DNA of 63,683 bases, filler included, from Anaerolineae bacterium (GTDB taxonomy: Bacteria; Chloroflexota; Anaerolineae; Epilineales; Epilineaceae), in the NCBI GenBank assembly GCA_029262755.1. It is 6 parts of 6 records of this genome, joined end to end, with 100 filler letters (N's around TTAATTAATTAA, not from the genome) between each part and the next. Parts side by side here need not be neighbours in the genome. Positions count along the whole stretch, not along the records: positions 33,301 to 44,720 come from JAJCYU010000328.1; positions 44,821 to 50,502 come from JAJCYU010000329.1; 4 more parts are not named here. One strand, written 5' to 3'. Shown here piece after piece: positions 40,974 to 48,855 of this stretch. Numbering within the stretch: position 1 is the first letter of the stretch; each line of letters starts with the position of its first letter. A program made the position numbers and the translations under genes. The notes beneath the pieces are model-generated. The model was not told the DNA's origin. It saw nothing but the letters and a program-made list of their open reading frames with translations, and made no database searches.

Positions 40974-42658
40974 GGCAACAGCCAGCGAATCTCGCTCTCG
41001 GGGGGAAGCGGCTCGAGCAGGTAGAGGTCCACCCACTGTCGCCAACGCTTGTAGTTGTCGTCGTCGTAGCCCAGATCGATGTGGTAGCTGCGAATGCCGC
41101 CGCCGGTGTCTCCCGCGATGCCGACCCCGTAGCCCGGCACGAACAAGTTGGTGCGCATGGGGATAATCCGGGGGTCCACTGCCACGATGCCCTTGCGCAT
41201 CTCCCAGCCGAGGCGCGTGCGCCCATACCACGGCACCCAGGTGGGCGTGCCTGCCCGCGACGCGCTGTAGCTGGTCGCGAGCACCCGCAAGTGCCGCCAA
41301 TAGCGCTTTGGGCCTTCCGGAGTGTCGATGCTTCGCCACTCGATCTGGGTGCCGTAGGCGACCAGCTCGGCCTGGGGCTCGCTCAGCACAGACTCCTCGA
41401 CCAACTCGCGCTCAACCTCTTCGCCGTCCTCGTAGATGATACGGATGCGTTGGGTCTTGCTGCCGGCAACGCCGGGTCGGACAACCCGCGAATCGTCAAG
41501 CGCCATCGAGTGATCGGCCTCGGTTTCCGTTCGGAACGGAAGCGACACCTCACGCACGAGAAAGTCCTCGACCACGCGGACAACCTGAACGCCCATTCCC
41601 TCGCGTAAGCGAGTTGTGCCTGGTGGGATGGCGTAGTCCTTTCCCCGGAGCCGAACGCCGGCCTTCGCCAACGCCTCCGCCACCGTATCGGCGCGCGCTC
41701 GGGCCTGGCGCACTTCACCGTCCGCGTCGAGCTGGAACGAAGTGGCCCGATGGATGACCACGGTCCGCCGGCCTGCGAGCGGCGCGTCCAACGACGGGCG
41801 CACGACGTCTTCCGGCCAAAGATGCAGGCCGGCGGCACGCAGGGCGATCCCAACCGTAGGGCCGGCCAAGGCCAACGTGAGCGGGATCCCCTCTTCAACC
41901 ACGGTAACCGGAACAGCGCGAAGGACTTCGATGGTAGAAAGTGATTCGTCCAGGGTCGGCGCCGCAGCCAGAGCGGCGAGACGCCGTGCTTCCGAAACCG
42001 GGCCCTCCGCCGAAGGACCGGGAGCGTCCACAATCGGAACGCTCCGCACGTCGCCCGCGGCATCCGCGACGCGCCGACCTGCGCTGGGCGCTGATCGCGC
42101 GTCGCGGTCTGCGCTCGGCGCTGGAAGCTCATCGTCGAGGCCGACGATCGCACCGTCCACGACCACGACATCGCCCACACCGAGGGGGACATCCAAACTC
42201 GTCAAGATCGCGCGGGGTGTTTGCCCTTGGCTACGCAGTCGATGCGCAACGCCATCCGCGCGGACCCGCAAGGTGCGACCCTCTCGGATCCGGATCGTGC
42301 TCCCCTCCCGCAGACGCGTCTCAAGCGGCGGTGCGATCAGGTCCCCTGCCGATACGTCGATGGCATGCGAGACGAGAAACTGTCCGACCGAGCTGGCCCG
42401 GGTACGCATTGCGGTCACGCGCCCTGCCTGCTCGATGCGCACCTCGATGGTGCTCCAACGCTGCGCGTACACGACGGCGGCGATTGCCAGAGCACACAAG
42501 GGCCACGCCGCAAGGTCACGGGCGCTGGTGCTTCCGGTGCCGGCGCTGCGGGCGGGGGCTCGCCGCCCGCGTTGCTCGGAGCGGGGCACGGCCGTAGCGT
42601 CGGGCGCCCGCTCCGTGCGAGTCTCTCCCGAGGCGGATGCTGGGACGGGGACGGGCAT
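40970..42658 (-). CDS. YabE/RpfB-like protein: ubiquitin-like (DUF348) repeats, G5 and 3D domains
   Basis: N-terminal TM, TV..AL..AG repeats, G5 segment, ATSY...VAVDPRIIP...DTGGGI...IDL 3D motif; located upstream of rsmA as expected. Confidence 0.88.
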   Translation of the reverse strand: MPVPVPASASGETRTERAPDATAVPRSEQRGRRAPARSAGTGSTSARDLAAWPLCALAIAAVVYAQRWSTIEVRIEQAGRVTAMRTRASSVGQFLVSHAIDVSAGDLIAPPLETRLREGSTIRIREGRTLRVRADGVAHRLRSQGQTPRAILTSLDVPLGVGDVVVVDGAIVGLDDELPAPSADRDARSAPSAGRRVADAAGDVRSVPIVDAPGPSAEGPVSEARRLAALAAAPTLDESLSTIEVLRAVPVTVVEEGIPLTLALAGPTVGIALRAAGLHLWPEDVVRPSLDAPLAGRRTVVIHRATSFQLDADGEVRQARARADTVAEALAKAGVRLRGKDYAIPPGTTRLREGMGVQVVRVVEDFLVREVSLPFRTETEADHSMALDDSRVVRPGVAGSKTQRIRIIYEDGEEVERELVEESVLSEPQAELVAYGTQIEWRSIDTPEGPKRYWRHLRVLATSYSASRAGTPTWVPWYGRTRLGWEMRKGIVAVDPRIIPMRTNLFVPGYGVGIAGDTGGGIRSYHIDLGYDDDNYKRWRQWVDLYLLEPLPPESEIRWLLP

Positions 42659-42691
42659 CGGGAGGGGCGTTCCTCGGGCTTGAGTAGACCG

Positions 42692-42834
42692 CCATCATGC
42701 ACGGCGCAGGCTCGGCCAAGGCGCTCCTGCGGCACCCAAAGGGCACCCCTTAGCGCTGCTTCCTTCCGGACCTGACGCGATTCGGAGGCCTTCGCCGCGC
42801 AGGACCCTGACCGAGCCTGCGCCTTGCATGATGG
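42692..42834 (-). ncRNA. ffs: Signal recognition particle RNA
   Basis: Minus strand carries the conserved GTCAGGTCCGGAAGGAAGCAGC helix-8 motif; the ends pair in a long helix (CCATCATGCA...TGCATGATGG). Confidence 0.93.
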
Positions 42835-42850
42835 GTATCGTCGGGGCGAA

Positions 42851-42879
42851 ATTCTAGGGGCCGGCCCTGGGGCGGTCAA
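42851..42879 (-). promoter_or_regulatory. sigma70-type promoter of ffs
   Basis: TTGACC-N17-TAGAAT immediately upstream of the SRP RNA. Confidence 0.85.
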
Positions 42880-42900
42880 CGGTGCGCCGCCGCCACCTTA

Positions 42901-42947
42901 ACCTTAATGTCACCTTTATGCTTTGCTAACCGGCTTGCCGGTATACT
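42901..42947 (+). promoter_or_regulatory. Putative promoter (-10 TATACT) with 11-bp-spaced direct repeats over the -35 region
   Basis: TATACT at 42942-42947; TTAAT/TTTAT/CTAAC at 42904, 42915 and 42926; no canonical -35. Confidence 0.55.
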
Positions 42948-42953
42948 CGCCTC

Positions 42954-43080
42954 GTAGCACAAACACGCCAGCGGCTGTGTGGGGGTCTGCCACCAAATGT
43001 GGCGACGCGTTGAACGTGGGCGTGCTACTCGGGTCAGCGCTCATGGGCTGTGGTTGCGGGCGCTGACCCACTTTTGCTAA
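42954..43080 (+). ncRNA. Candidate structured small RNA (contains a 27-codon sORF, 42997-43080)
   Basis: Starts 7 nt after TATACT; GTAGCAC/GTGCTAC closing stem, GCCAC/GTGGC hairpin, 12-bp GGGTCAGCGCTC/GGGCGCTGACCC stem plus U-tract, then a strong terminator. Confidence 0.6.
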
Positions 43081-43082
43081 CC

Positions 43083-43120
43083 AACGGCCCGGCGCGAAAG
43101 CGCCGGGCCGTTTTCTCTTT
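43083..43120 (+). terminator. Intrinsic terminator
   Basis: AACGGCCCGGCGC-GAAA-GCGCCGGGCCGTT followed by TTCTCTTT. Confidence 0.85.
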
Positions 43121-43247
43121 CGGCGCTACATGCTGCGGGGCAGGACGAGGCGATCCGCGATCCGCATAGGCGTGCCTAGGCCTGCGATGGGCCGCCCGGG
43201 CGCGTTTTCTCGTTGCGTAGCGGAGTCGCAGTGGGCCGAACGAATGG

Positions 43248-43487
43248 TTACGTAATGTCCTGGAGCTTCAGCCCCTCATCCCGAAGATAGGCCATCAAGC
43301 CCTTCTTGGACACCGTGCGCAGGGCACGCGTCGACAAGCGCACGCGGACCTTGCGACCGAGCTCCGGCACGTAGAGCGACTTGTTCTGCAGATTGGGCAG
43401 CCACACCTTCTTGGTGCGCTTGTGAGAGAACGACACGTTGTTGCCGAAGTGCGGCCCTTTCCCTGTCAGCTTGCATTTTCTCGACAT
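43248..43487 (-). CDS. rpmB: 50S ribosomal protein bL28
   Basis: MSRKCKLTGK...GNNVSFSHKRTKKVWLPNLQ; 79 aa. Confidence 0.97.
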   Translation of the reverse strand: MSRKCKLTGKGPHFGNNVSFSHKRTKKVWLPNLQNKSLYVPELGRKVRVRLSTRALRTVSKKGLMAYLRDEGLKLQDIT

Positions 43488-43613
43488 CGTCCCAATTCCT
43501 TTGGCTTCGAGGCGCGCGAACGCGGCTCGTTTCGTTTCGACTCCGGTGTCCACGCCGTCCGTCCAACCATCTTTGAGGCACGACTGCCTGCTACTGGTGA
43601 CGAACAGTATCGT

Positions 43614-44162
43614 CTACTTTTCCAACTCCCAACGGATATGACCCAATTCCGGCCCGATCAACGCGTCCCAAGCCAACCGGACCGCTGCCGTCGAACCCGG
43701 AAGTGCTGCAACGAACATGGTGCCGATCGTGCCGGCCACGGCGCGTGAGAGCATTGCCGCCGCTCCGATTTGCTCGTAGCTGAGCACGCGAAAAAGCTCT
43801 CCGAAGCCCGGAAGTTCTTTGTCGAGCCTCCTCCGAACAACTTCGACCGTCGTATCGCGCACCGCGATGCCCGTACCGCCGTTCAAGATCAACGTATCGG
43901 CTGCTGAGCCCAAAGCCTGGTTCAGTGCCGCATCGATCTCGCTCGGCTCGTCCGGAACAAGCGTGTACGAGTCCACGACATAGCCGTCACGCTCCGCCGC
44001 CGTGCGTAGATACAAACCACTCTCGTCACGTGCCTTGGAGCGCGTATCGCTAACGGTGATGATCGCGATGCGCGCCGCGGGCCGGCCCTCCGCCAGCGAA
44101 CGATGTTCCTGCGCGCTGGCCGAGACGTTGTCCCGTGAATCGCCGGTCGGAACCGGCGGCAC
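43614..44162 (-). CDS. moaB: MoaB/MogA-family molybdenum cofactor biosynthesis protein
   Basis: ITVSDTR, NGGTG, RDTTVE, LPGFGELFR, AMLSRA, LPGS. Confidence 0.88.
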   Translation of the reverse strand: MPPVPTGDSRDNVSASAQEHRSLAEGRPAARIAIITVSDTRSKARDESGLYLRTAAERDGYVVDSYTLVPDEPSEIDAALNQALGSAADTLILNGGTGIAVRDTTVEVVRRRLDKELPGFGELFRVLSYEQIGAAAMLSRAVAGTIGTMFVAALPGSTAAVRLAWDALIGPELGHIRWELEK

Positions 44163-44163
44163 G

Positions 44164-44328
44164 TTACTTGGTCTCGCGGAACAGCACGTGCTTGCGGACG
44201 ACGGGATCGTACTTCTTCAACTCGAGGCGACCCGGGTCGTTTCTTCGGTTCTTCTCGGTGAGGTACGTATGAGCGCTCTCTGTGCTGCGCATCTTCACCA
44301 AGATGCGCACGCCCTTCTTCTTGGCCAT
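44164..44328 (-). CDS. rpmG: 50S ribosomal protein bL33 (absent from the ORF track; 54 aa)
   Basis: Manual translation gives [62 protein letters not shown] upstream. Confidence 0.96.
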   Translation of the reverse strand: MAKKKGVRILVKMRSTESAHTYLTEKNRRNDPGRLELKKYDPVVRKHVLFRETK

Positions 44329-44366
44329 CGGTACGGCCCTCCTGGAGACTGGACTACAACATTACG

Positions 44367-44395
44367 ATTCTACCGTACTGCGGAGCGATTGTCAC
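44367..44395 (-). promoter_or_regulatory. Putative sigma70-type promoter of rpmG
   Basis: GTGACA-N17-TAGAAT about 40 nt upstream of rpmG. Confidence 0.7.
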
Positions 44396-44494
44396 AAAGT
44401 AGTTGGTTGAGGCGATAGGGCTGAGGGCGAACCATCGCACGGGCGCGTCTTCGTCGGCGCTCTCGAGATCGCCCTGGCCATCGGGAACAGGCAC

Positions 44495-44720
44495 CTACGG
44501 AACCGGCTTCTTGACCGGCGCACCGGACGCCCTCCCGGCCGGATTTCTCTCGCCGAGCACCCACATCGGCTCGTGGGTGGCACGCCAACGGAGACCGATC
44601 TTATCCGTCGCGAAGCGCAGGATGTACGCGAGGGCCTCCTCCGGCGAGTCGGTGCAAAAGAAGCGGTCGTAGTCTTCTTGGTTGATGGTTCCGGCGGGCA
44701 CCATCGTGTCACGTACGAAG
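44495..44720 (-). CDS. C-terminal fragment, probably LOG-family (Rossmann-fold) protein
   Basis: MVPAGTINQEDYDRFFCTDSPEEA resembles LOG-family C-termini; the 5' part is off the contig. Confidence 0.55.
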
Positions 44721-44820
44721 NNNNNNNNNNNNNNNNNNNNNNNNNNNNNNNNNNNNNNNNNNNNTTAATTAATTAANNNNNNNNNNNNNNNNNNNNNNNN
44801 NNNNNNNNNNNNNNNNNNNN
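44721..44820. other. Artificial contig spacer
   Basis: N44-TTAATTAATTAA-N44. Confidence 0.99.
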
Positions 44821-46352
44821 AGCAGCCCCTTCGCGTCGTAGGCCGTGGCCGGCACCGCCACGCGCAAGCCCGGCACATGCGCGAACATCTGATAGAAGTT
44901 CTGCGAGTGGGATGCGCCGAGCTGCACACCGCCGGTATTGGTGCGCACCACGAGCGGGACATTGGCTTGGCCGCCGAACATCGACCGAATCTTCGCGGCG
45001 TGATTGATGATCGCGTCGCTGGCAAGGAGAGCGAAGTTGATGGTCATCAACTCCGCGACCGGCCGCAAGCCCGCCATCGCCGCGCCGGTTGCAAAGCCGC
45101 AGATAGCGCCTTCGGCGATCGGTGTGTCAAACACCCGCGACTCACCGTACTTCTGCGGCAGATCGCGCGTGACCGCATAGGCGCCGCCGTAGTCGTCGAT
45201 GTCCTCGCCCATGATGAAACCGGATGCGTCCTCGGCCAGGAATTCATCCAGCGCGGCATTCAGCGCTTCGGACATCGTGAGCTCGGTTGTCGGCCCGTCG
45301 GCGGCAGGCGGCGATGCTGCCGGCGGCTCGGCGACGATGTCGGCGAAGAGCTCCGACTCGTCCGGCCGCGGGCTCTCGTTCGCGAACGCGACCGCCGCAG
45401 CGACGATCGTGACGTTGTCGGCCTGCATGGCCTCCCACGCCCTTTCGTCGAGCATCTCGGCTTCGACCAGCTGGTCGTTCAGGCGCTCGATCGCATCCCT
45501 GTCGCGCCACTGCTCGACCTCGTCCTTGTCGCGGTATAGGTCGGGATCGGCCATGGAATGCGCGCGGTAGCGATAGGTCATGACCTCGAGCAAGTAGGGC
45601 CGCCGCTCCGTTCGGACGTACTCCGCCACCTCACGCATCGCCTGGTTGACCGCGAGGACGTCCATGCCGTCCACGGTGGACGAAGGGATGTTGAAGGCCT
45701 TGGCCTTGTCCGCGATCCGAGTGACGGAACTGTGCTTCTCCAATGCCGTGCCCATCGCGTAGCCGTTGTTTTCGACCACGATCACCAAGGGCGCGTCCCA
45801 AAGCGCCGCGAAATTGAGCGATTCGTAGAAGTAGCCGATGTTCGTGGAGCCATCGCCCATCACCACGGCCCCGATCGCGTCGGAGTCGGTACCCATGTGC
45901 GCGTTCTTGTAATCGTTGGCCCAGGCGTAGCCGACCGCCAAGGGGACATGGCCGCCCACGATGGCCCAGCCGCCAAGGAAATTGTGCTCCGCGGAAAAGA
46001 AGTGCATCGAGCCGCCGCGGCCACGCGCCACACCGTCGACCTTGCCGAACAACTCCGCCATCAGGCGGTCGGCCGGCACGCCGCGCGCCAGGGCATGGCC
46101 GTGATCGCGATAGTGCGTCATCACGAAATCCTGCGGTTGGAGCGCGCTCATGAGCCCGACCGCGGAGGCCTCGCTGCCGTTGTACAAATGCAAGAAGCCG
46201 GCCACGTTGCCGCGCGTATACTCGCGCGCCGCGTTATCCTCGAATTCGCGAATCAGGTGCATCGTGCGCAGCATTTCGCGCAGCGCGTCCGGCTCGAGGC
46301 CGGAGGTATCGATGGTCGGCAGCGTGTCCACCGTAGGCGGGGTCATCGCCAT
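44821..46352 (-). CDS. pdhA: Fused pyruvate dehydrogenase E1 alpha + beta subunit (3' partial)
   Basis: Alpha motifs GFLHLYNG, GRGGSMH, GDG...ENN, YRYRAHSMADP continue in frame into beta motifs MGEDI, DTPIAE, GLRPVAE; GAGGAG SD. Confidence 0.9.
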
Positions 46353-46489
46353 GCGCGGCGCTCCTCGGCGTGGGGCCAAAAACGGGGGCGGGATGGGCTT
46401 GCGCCCGCGGGTCGGATAATAGTGGTGGCGTCGGAGGAGGGTCAAGGATTCGGGCGGGCCGTGTACGGTCACGTCCGCTCTCGATGCGC

Positions 46490-47611
46490 TCAACCCAGGA
46501 TTGTGACGCTCACCCGATCCATCTCGCCTCGCCCCTCCTTCGCCTCACCGCCGAGCAACGAACGTCGCTGCTTCTGCTGGCTGCGGCCTTGGCCGTCGGT
46601 CGCTCGCGCGCGGATCACATGATTGCCGGGCGGCGGATCGTGCCACGTCCAGCTCCAGGCCGTCCACGATAGCGGGCCGTCAGGCGCAGGCGCCTGCACG
46701 AGCACGGCGTCGCCGCTGGGTCCGTTGTCGACTACCACTTCCACGCGGGCCACACCGCTCGCATCCGCGAACGCGATGCCCCGCACCTCGATCGGGCCTT
46801 CGAGGCTGGCGCGATGCGCCGGCGCGTCGATGCGACTGTTGGCCACGATGGCGGCTTCATCGCTCCAACCCTGGCGTTCATAGTAGCCACGGTGGCGTGC
46901 GTCCAGGACGTGGATCTCGCTCAACCACTTCGGCTGCTTCTGCCCGTAGCGACCGGGAAAGAGGCAGCGAATGGGAAATCCGTGCTCAGGCGGCAACGGG
47001 ACGCCGTTCATCAACCAGACCAGATACGACTCCGGATCCTGAGCCAACGCCGTGGTGACACCGGTGTGGAAACCGTCGACGGAGGCCAGATGCAGCTCTA
47101 CGCCCGCGGGCAAGGGGTCAGCGAGTGCAAGAACGTCGGCGAAGCGCGCTCCGGTCCAGACGGCGTTGCCGATCAGCTCGCCGCCGGGATCGTTGCCGAT
47201 GCATTCCAAAGTGCGCATAAGCGTGTGCTGCGGCAGCGCGCGCAGATCGTTCAGAGCGAGCGTCATGGGACGTGTGACGAGTCCGTCGATGGTCAGCCGG
47301 TGCTCTTCCGCCCGAATCTCCGGCACAAGGCCGCGCTTCATCACGTAGAACGCTTCGTTCGGAGTCAGCGGAAGATCGGTGTCGAAGCCAAGGTCCCGGG
47401 CCGTGACGAACTCGTCGCCGCCATCGGACCCGGCCCGAGACCCGGCCCCGGCAGGCGTCGGAAGATTGGATTTGCCGATCCGCCCCGGTCGACAGCCGGC
47501 GATCCAGGTCCCCGCGCCACCGGCGGCCAACGCAAGCAGACGGCGACGGCTCAGCGACCGTAGGTCGTTCGTGGTCTTTGTGGGTCCGTCTTGCGCTGTT
47601 GGGATGGGCAC
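46490..47611 (-). CDS. Sulfite-oxidase-family molybdopterin oxidoreductase, Tat-exported
   Basis: SRRRLL Tat motif, LECIGN, NAVWTG, HGFPIR, YGQKQPKWL, C-terminal Ig-like dimerisation domain. Confidence 0.88.
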   Translation of the reverse strand: MPIPTAQDGPTKTTNDLRSLSRRRLLALAAGGAGTWIAGCRPGRIGKSNLPTPAGAGSRAGSDGGDEFVTARDLGFDTDLPLTPNEAFYVMKRGLVPEIRAEEHRLTIDGLVTRPMTLALNDLRALPQHTLMRTLECIGNDPGGELIGNAVWTGARFADVLALADPLPAGVELHLASVDGFHTGVTTALAQDPESYLVWLMNGVPLPPEHGFPIRCLFPGRYGQKQPKWLSEIHVLDARHRGYYERQGWSDEAAIVANSRIDAPAHRASLEGPIEVRGIAFADASGVARVEVVVDNGPSGDAVLVQAPAPDGPLSWTAWSWTWHDPPPGNHVIRARATDGQGRSQQKQRRSLLGGEAKEGRGEMDRVSVTILG

Positions 47612-47630
47612 GCCTCGCTTCGGACCGCCC

Positions 47631-48758
47631 TCAGGACAGGATCGAGAGATCCGGATCGGCCTGGAAGAGACGTTCTTTCGGCTTGTTGAAGTTCAGGACC
47701 GAGATCTTGCCGGCCAGGTCCGCCGCAATCGTATCGATGGCCTTGGCCGCTGGAGAGTCCGGCGCGCTGATCACGATCGGGATACCCTCGTCACCGCCGA
47801 TGCGCACCGCGGGGTCGATCGGGATCGTCCCCAAGAACGGCACGTCCATGTCCTCGGCTACCGTGCGACCGCCGCCGGAACCGAAGATATCGTAGGACAC
47901 ACCCGTATCGGGGGCGATGAAGCCGCTCATGTTCTCGATGACACCCAGCACGGGCACGTCGATCTGCTCGAGCTGGAACATGGCGATGCTCTTCACGACG
48001 TCGGCTTGCGATACGGCCTGCGGGGTCGAGACCACTACAGCACCGGTGAGCGGCAGTGCCTGGGTCAGCGAGAGCTGCACATCGCCGGTGCCCGGCGGAA
48101 GGTCGATGATGAGGTAGTCGAGCTCTCCCCAATTCACGTCGCCCAGAAACTGACGGAGCGCCCCATGCAGCATCGGGCCGCGCCAAACGAGCGGGGTCTT
48201 GGCATCGACCAGGAAGCCGATCGAGATCAGCTTCACGCCGTGCGCCTCGATGGGCTCGATGTTCTTGCCGTCACGCGAAACGGGGCGCTCGCCGGTCACG
48301 CCCATCATCAAGGGCACATTGGGACCATAGAGATCGGCGTCGAGCAATCCCACCGTAGCGCCGCGCCGAGCAAGGGCGACCGCGAGGTTGACCGCCACCG
48401 TGCTCTTGCCGACACCGCCCTTACCGCTGCCCACAGCGATCGCGTTCTTGACCGGCACGTCGACCTGGCTGGAGAGCCTGTTGTCACGTTGTACCTGCGC
48501 ATCCCAAACAACCGTCACTTTCTCGACGCCGGGAATGCCGGCCAGCGCGCGCTCGCAGTCTTCTTGAATGACGCTCTTGAGCGGACAGGCCGGTGTGGTG
48601 AGCACGACGGTGAACGTCACATGCCCCCCGTCGATCTCGATATCACGGATCATGTTGAGCGACACGAGGTCGCGGTGCAGCTCCGGATCGTTGACGGTCG
48701 AAAGGGCGGCGATGACATCCGCCTCGATCACTGGGGCTTCGCTCGTGCGGCCAAACAT
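47631..48758 (-). CDS. mrp: Mrp/NBP35 (ApbC) Fe-S carrier ATPase
   Basis: N-terminal DPEL...TTPACP domain, GKGGVGKST, DADLYGP, WRGPM, DLPPGTGD, ENMS. Confidence 0.93.
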   Translation of the reverse strand: MFGRTSEAPVIEADVIAALSTVNDPELHRDLVSLNMIRDIEIDGGHVTFTVVLTTPACPLKSVIQEDCERALAGIPGVEKVTVVWDAQVQRDNRLSSQVDVPVKNAIAVGSGKGGVGKSTVAVNLAVALARRGATVGLLDADLYGPNVPLMMGVTGERPVSRDGKNIEPIEAHGVKLISIGFLVDAKTPLVWRGPMLHGALRQFLGDVNWGELDYLIIDLPPGTGDVQLSLTQALPLTGAVVVSTPQAVSQADVVKSIAMFQLEQIDVPVLGVIENMSGFIAPDTGVSYDIFGSGGGRTVAEDMDVPFLGTIPIDPAVRIGGDEGIPIVISAPDSPAAKAIDTIAADLAGKISVLNFNKPKERLFQADPDLSILS

Positions 48759-48855
48759 GGATGCAAGCTCCTTGGCGGCGCCGTGCGAGCACGAAGCCGG
48801 AATGTGCGGGTCTCGGCCCGAGGGGCCGACCGATTAATGATAGTCGGGACGAGCA

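Noticed and set aside
42954..43080. tRNA or 6S RNA identity for the candidate small RNA
   Set aside because: No cloverleaf, T-loop or CCA. Too short and wrongly partitioned for the single long 6S rod with a central bubble.
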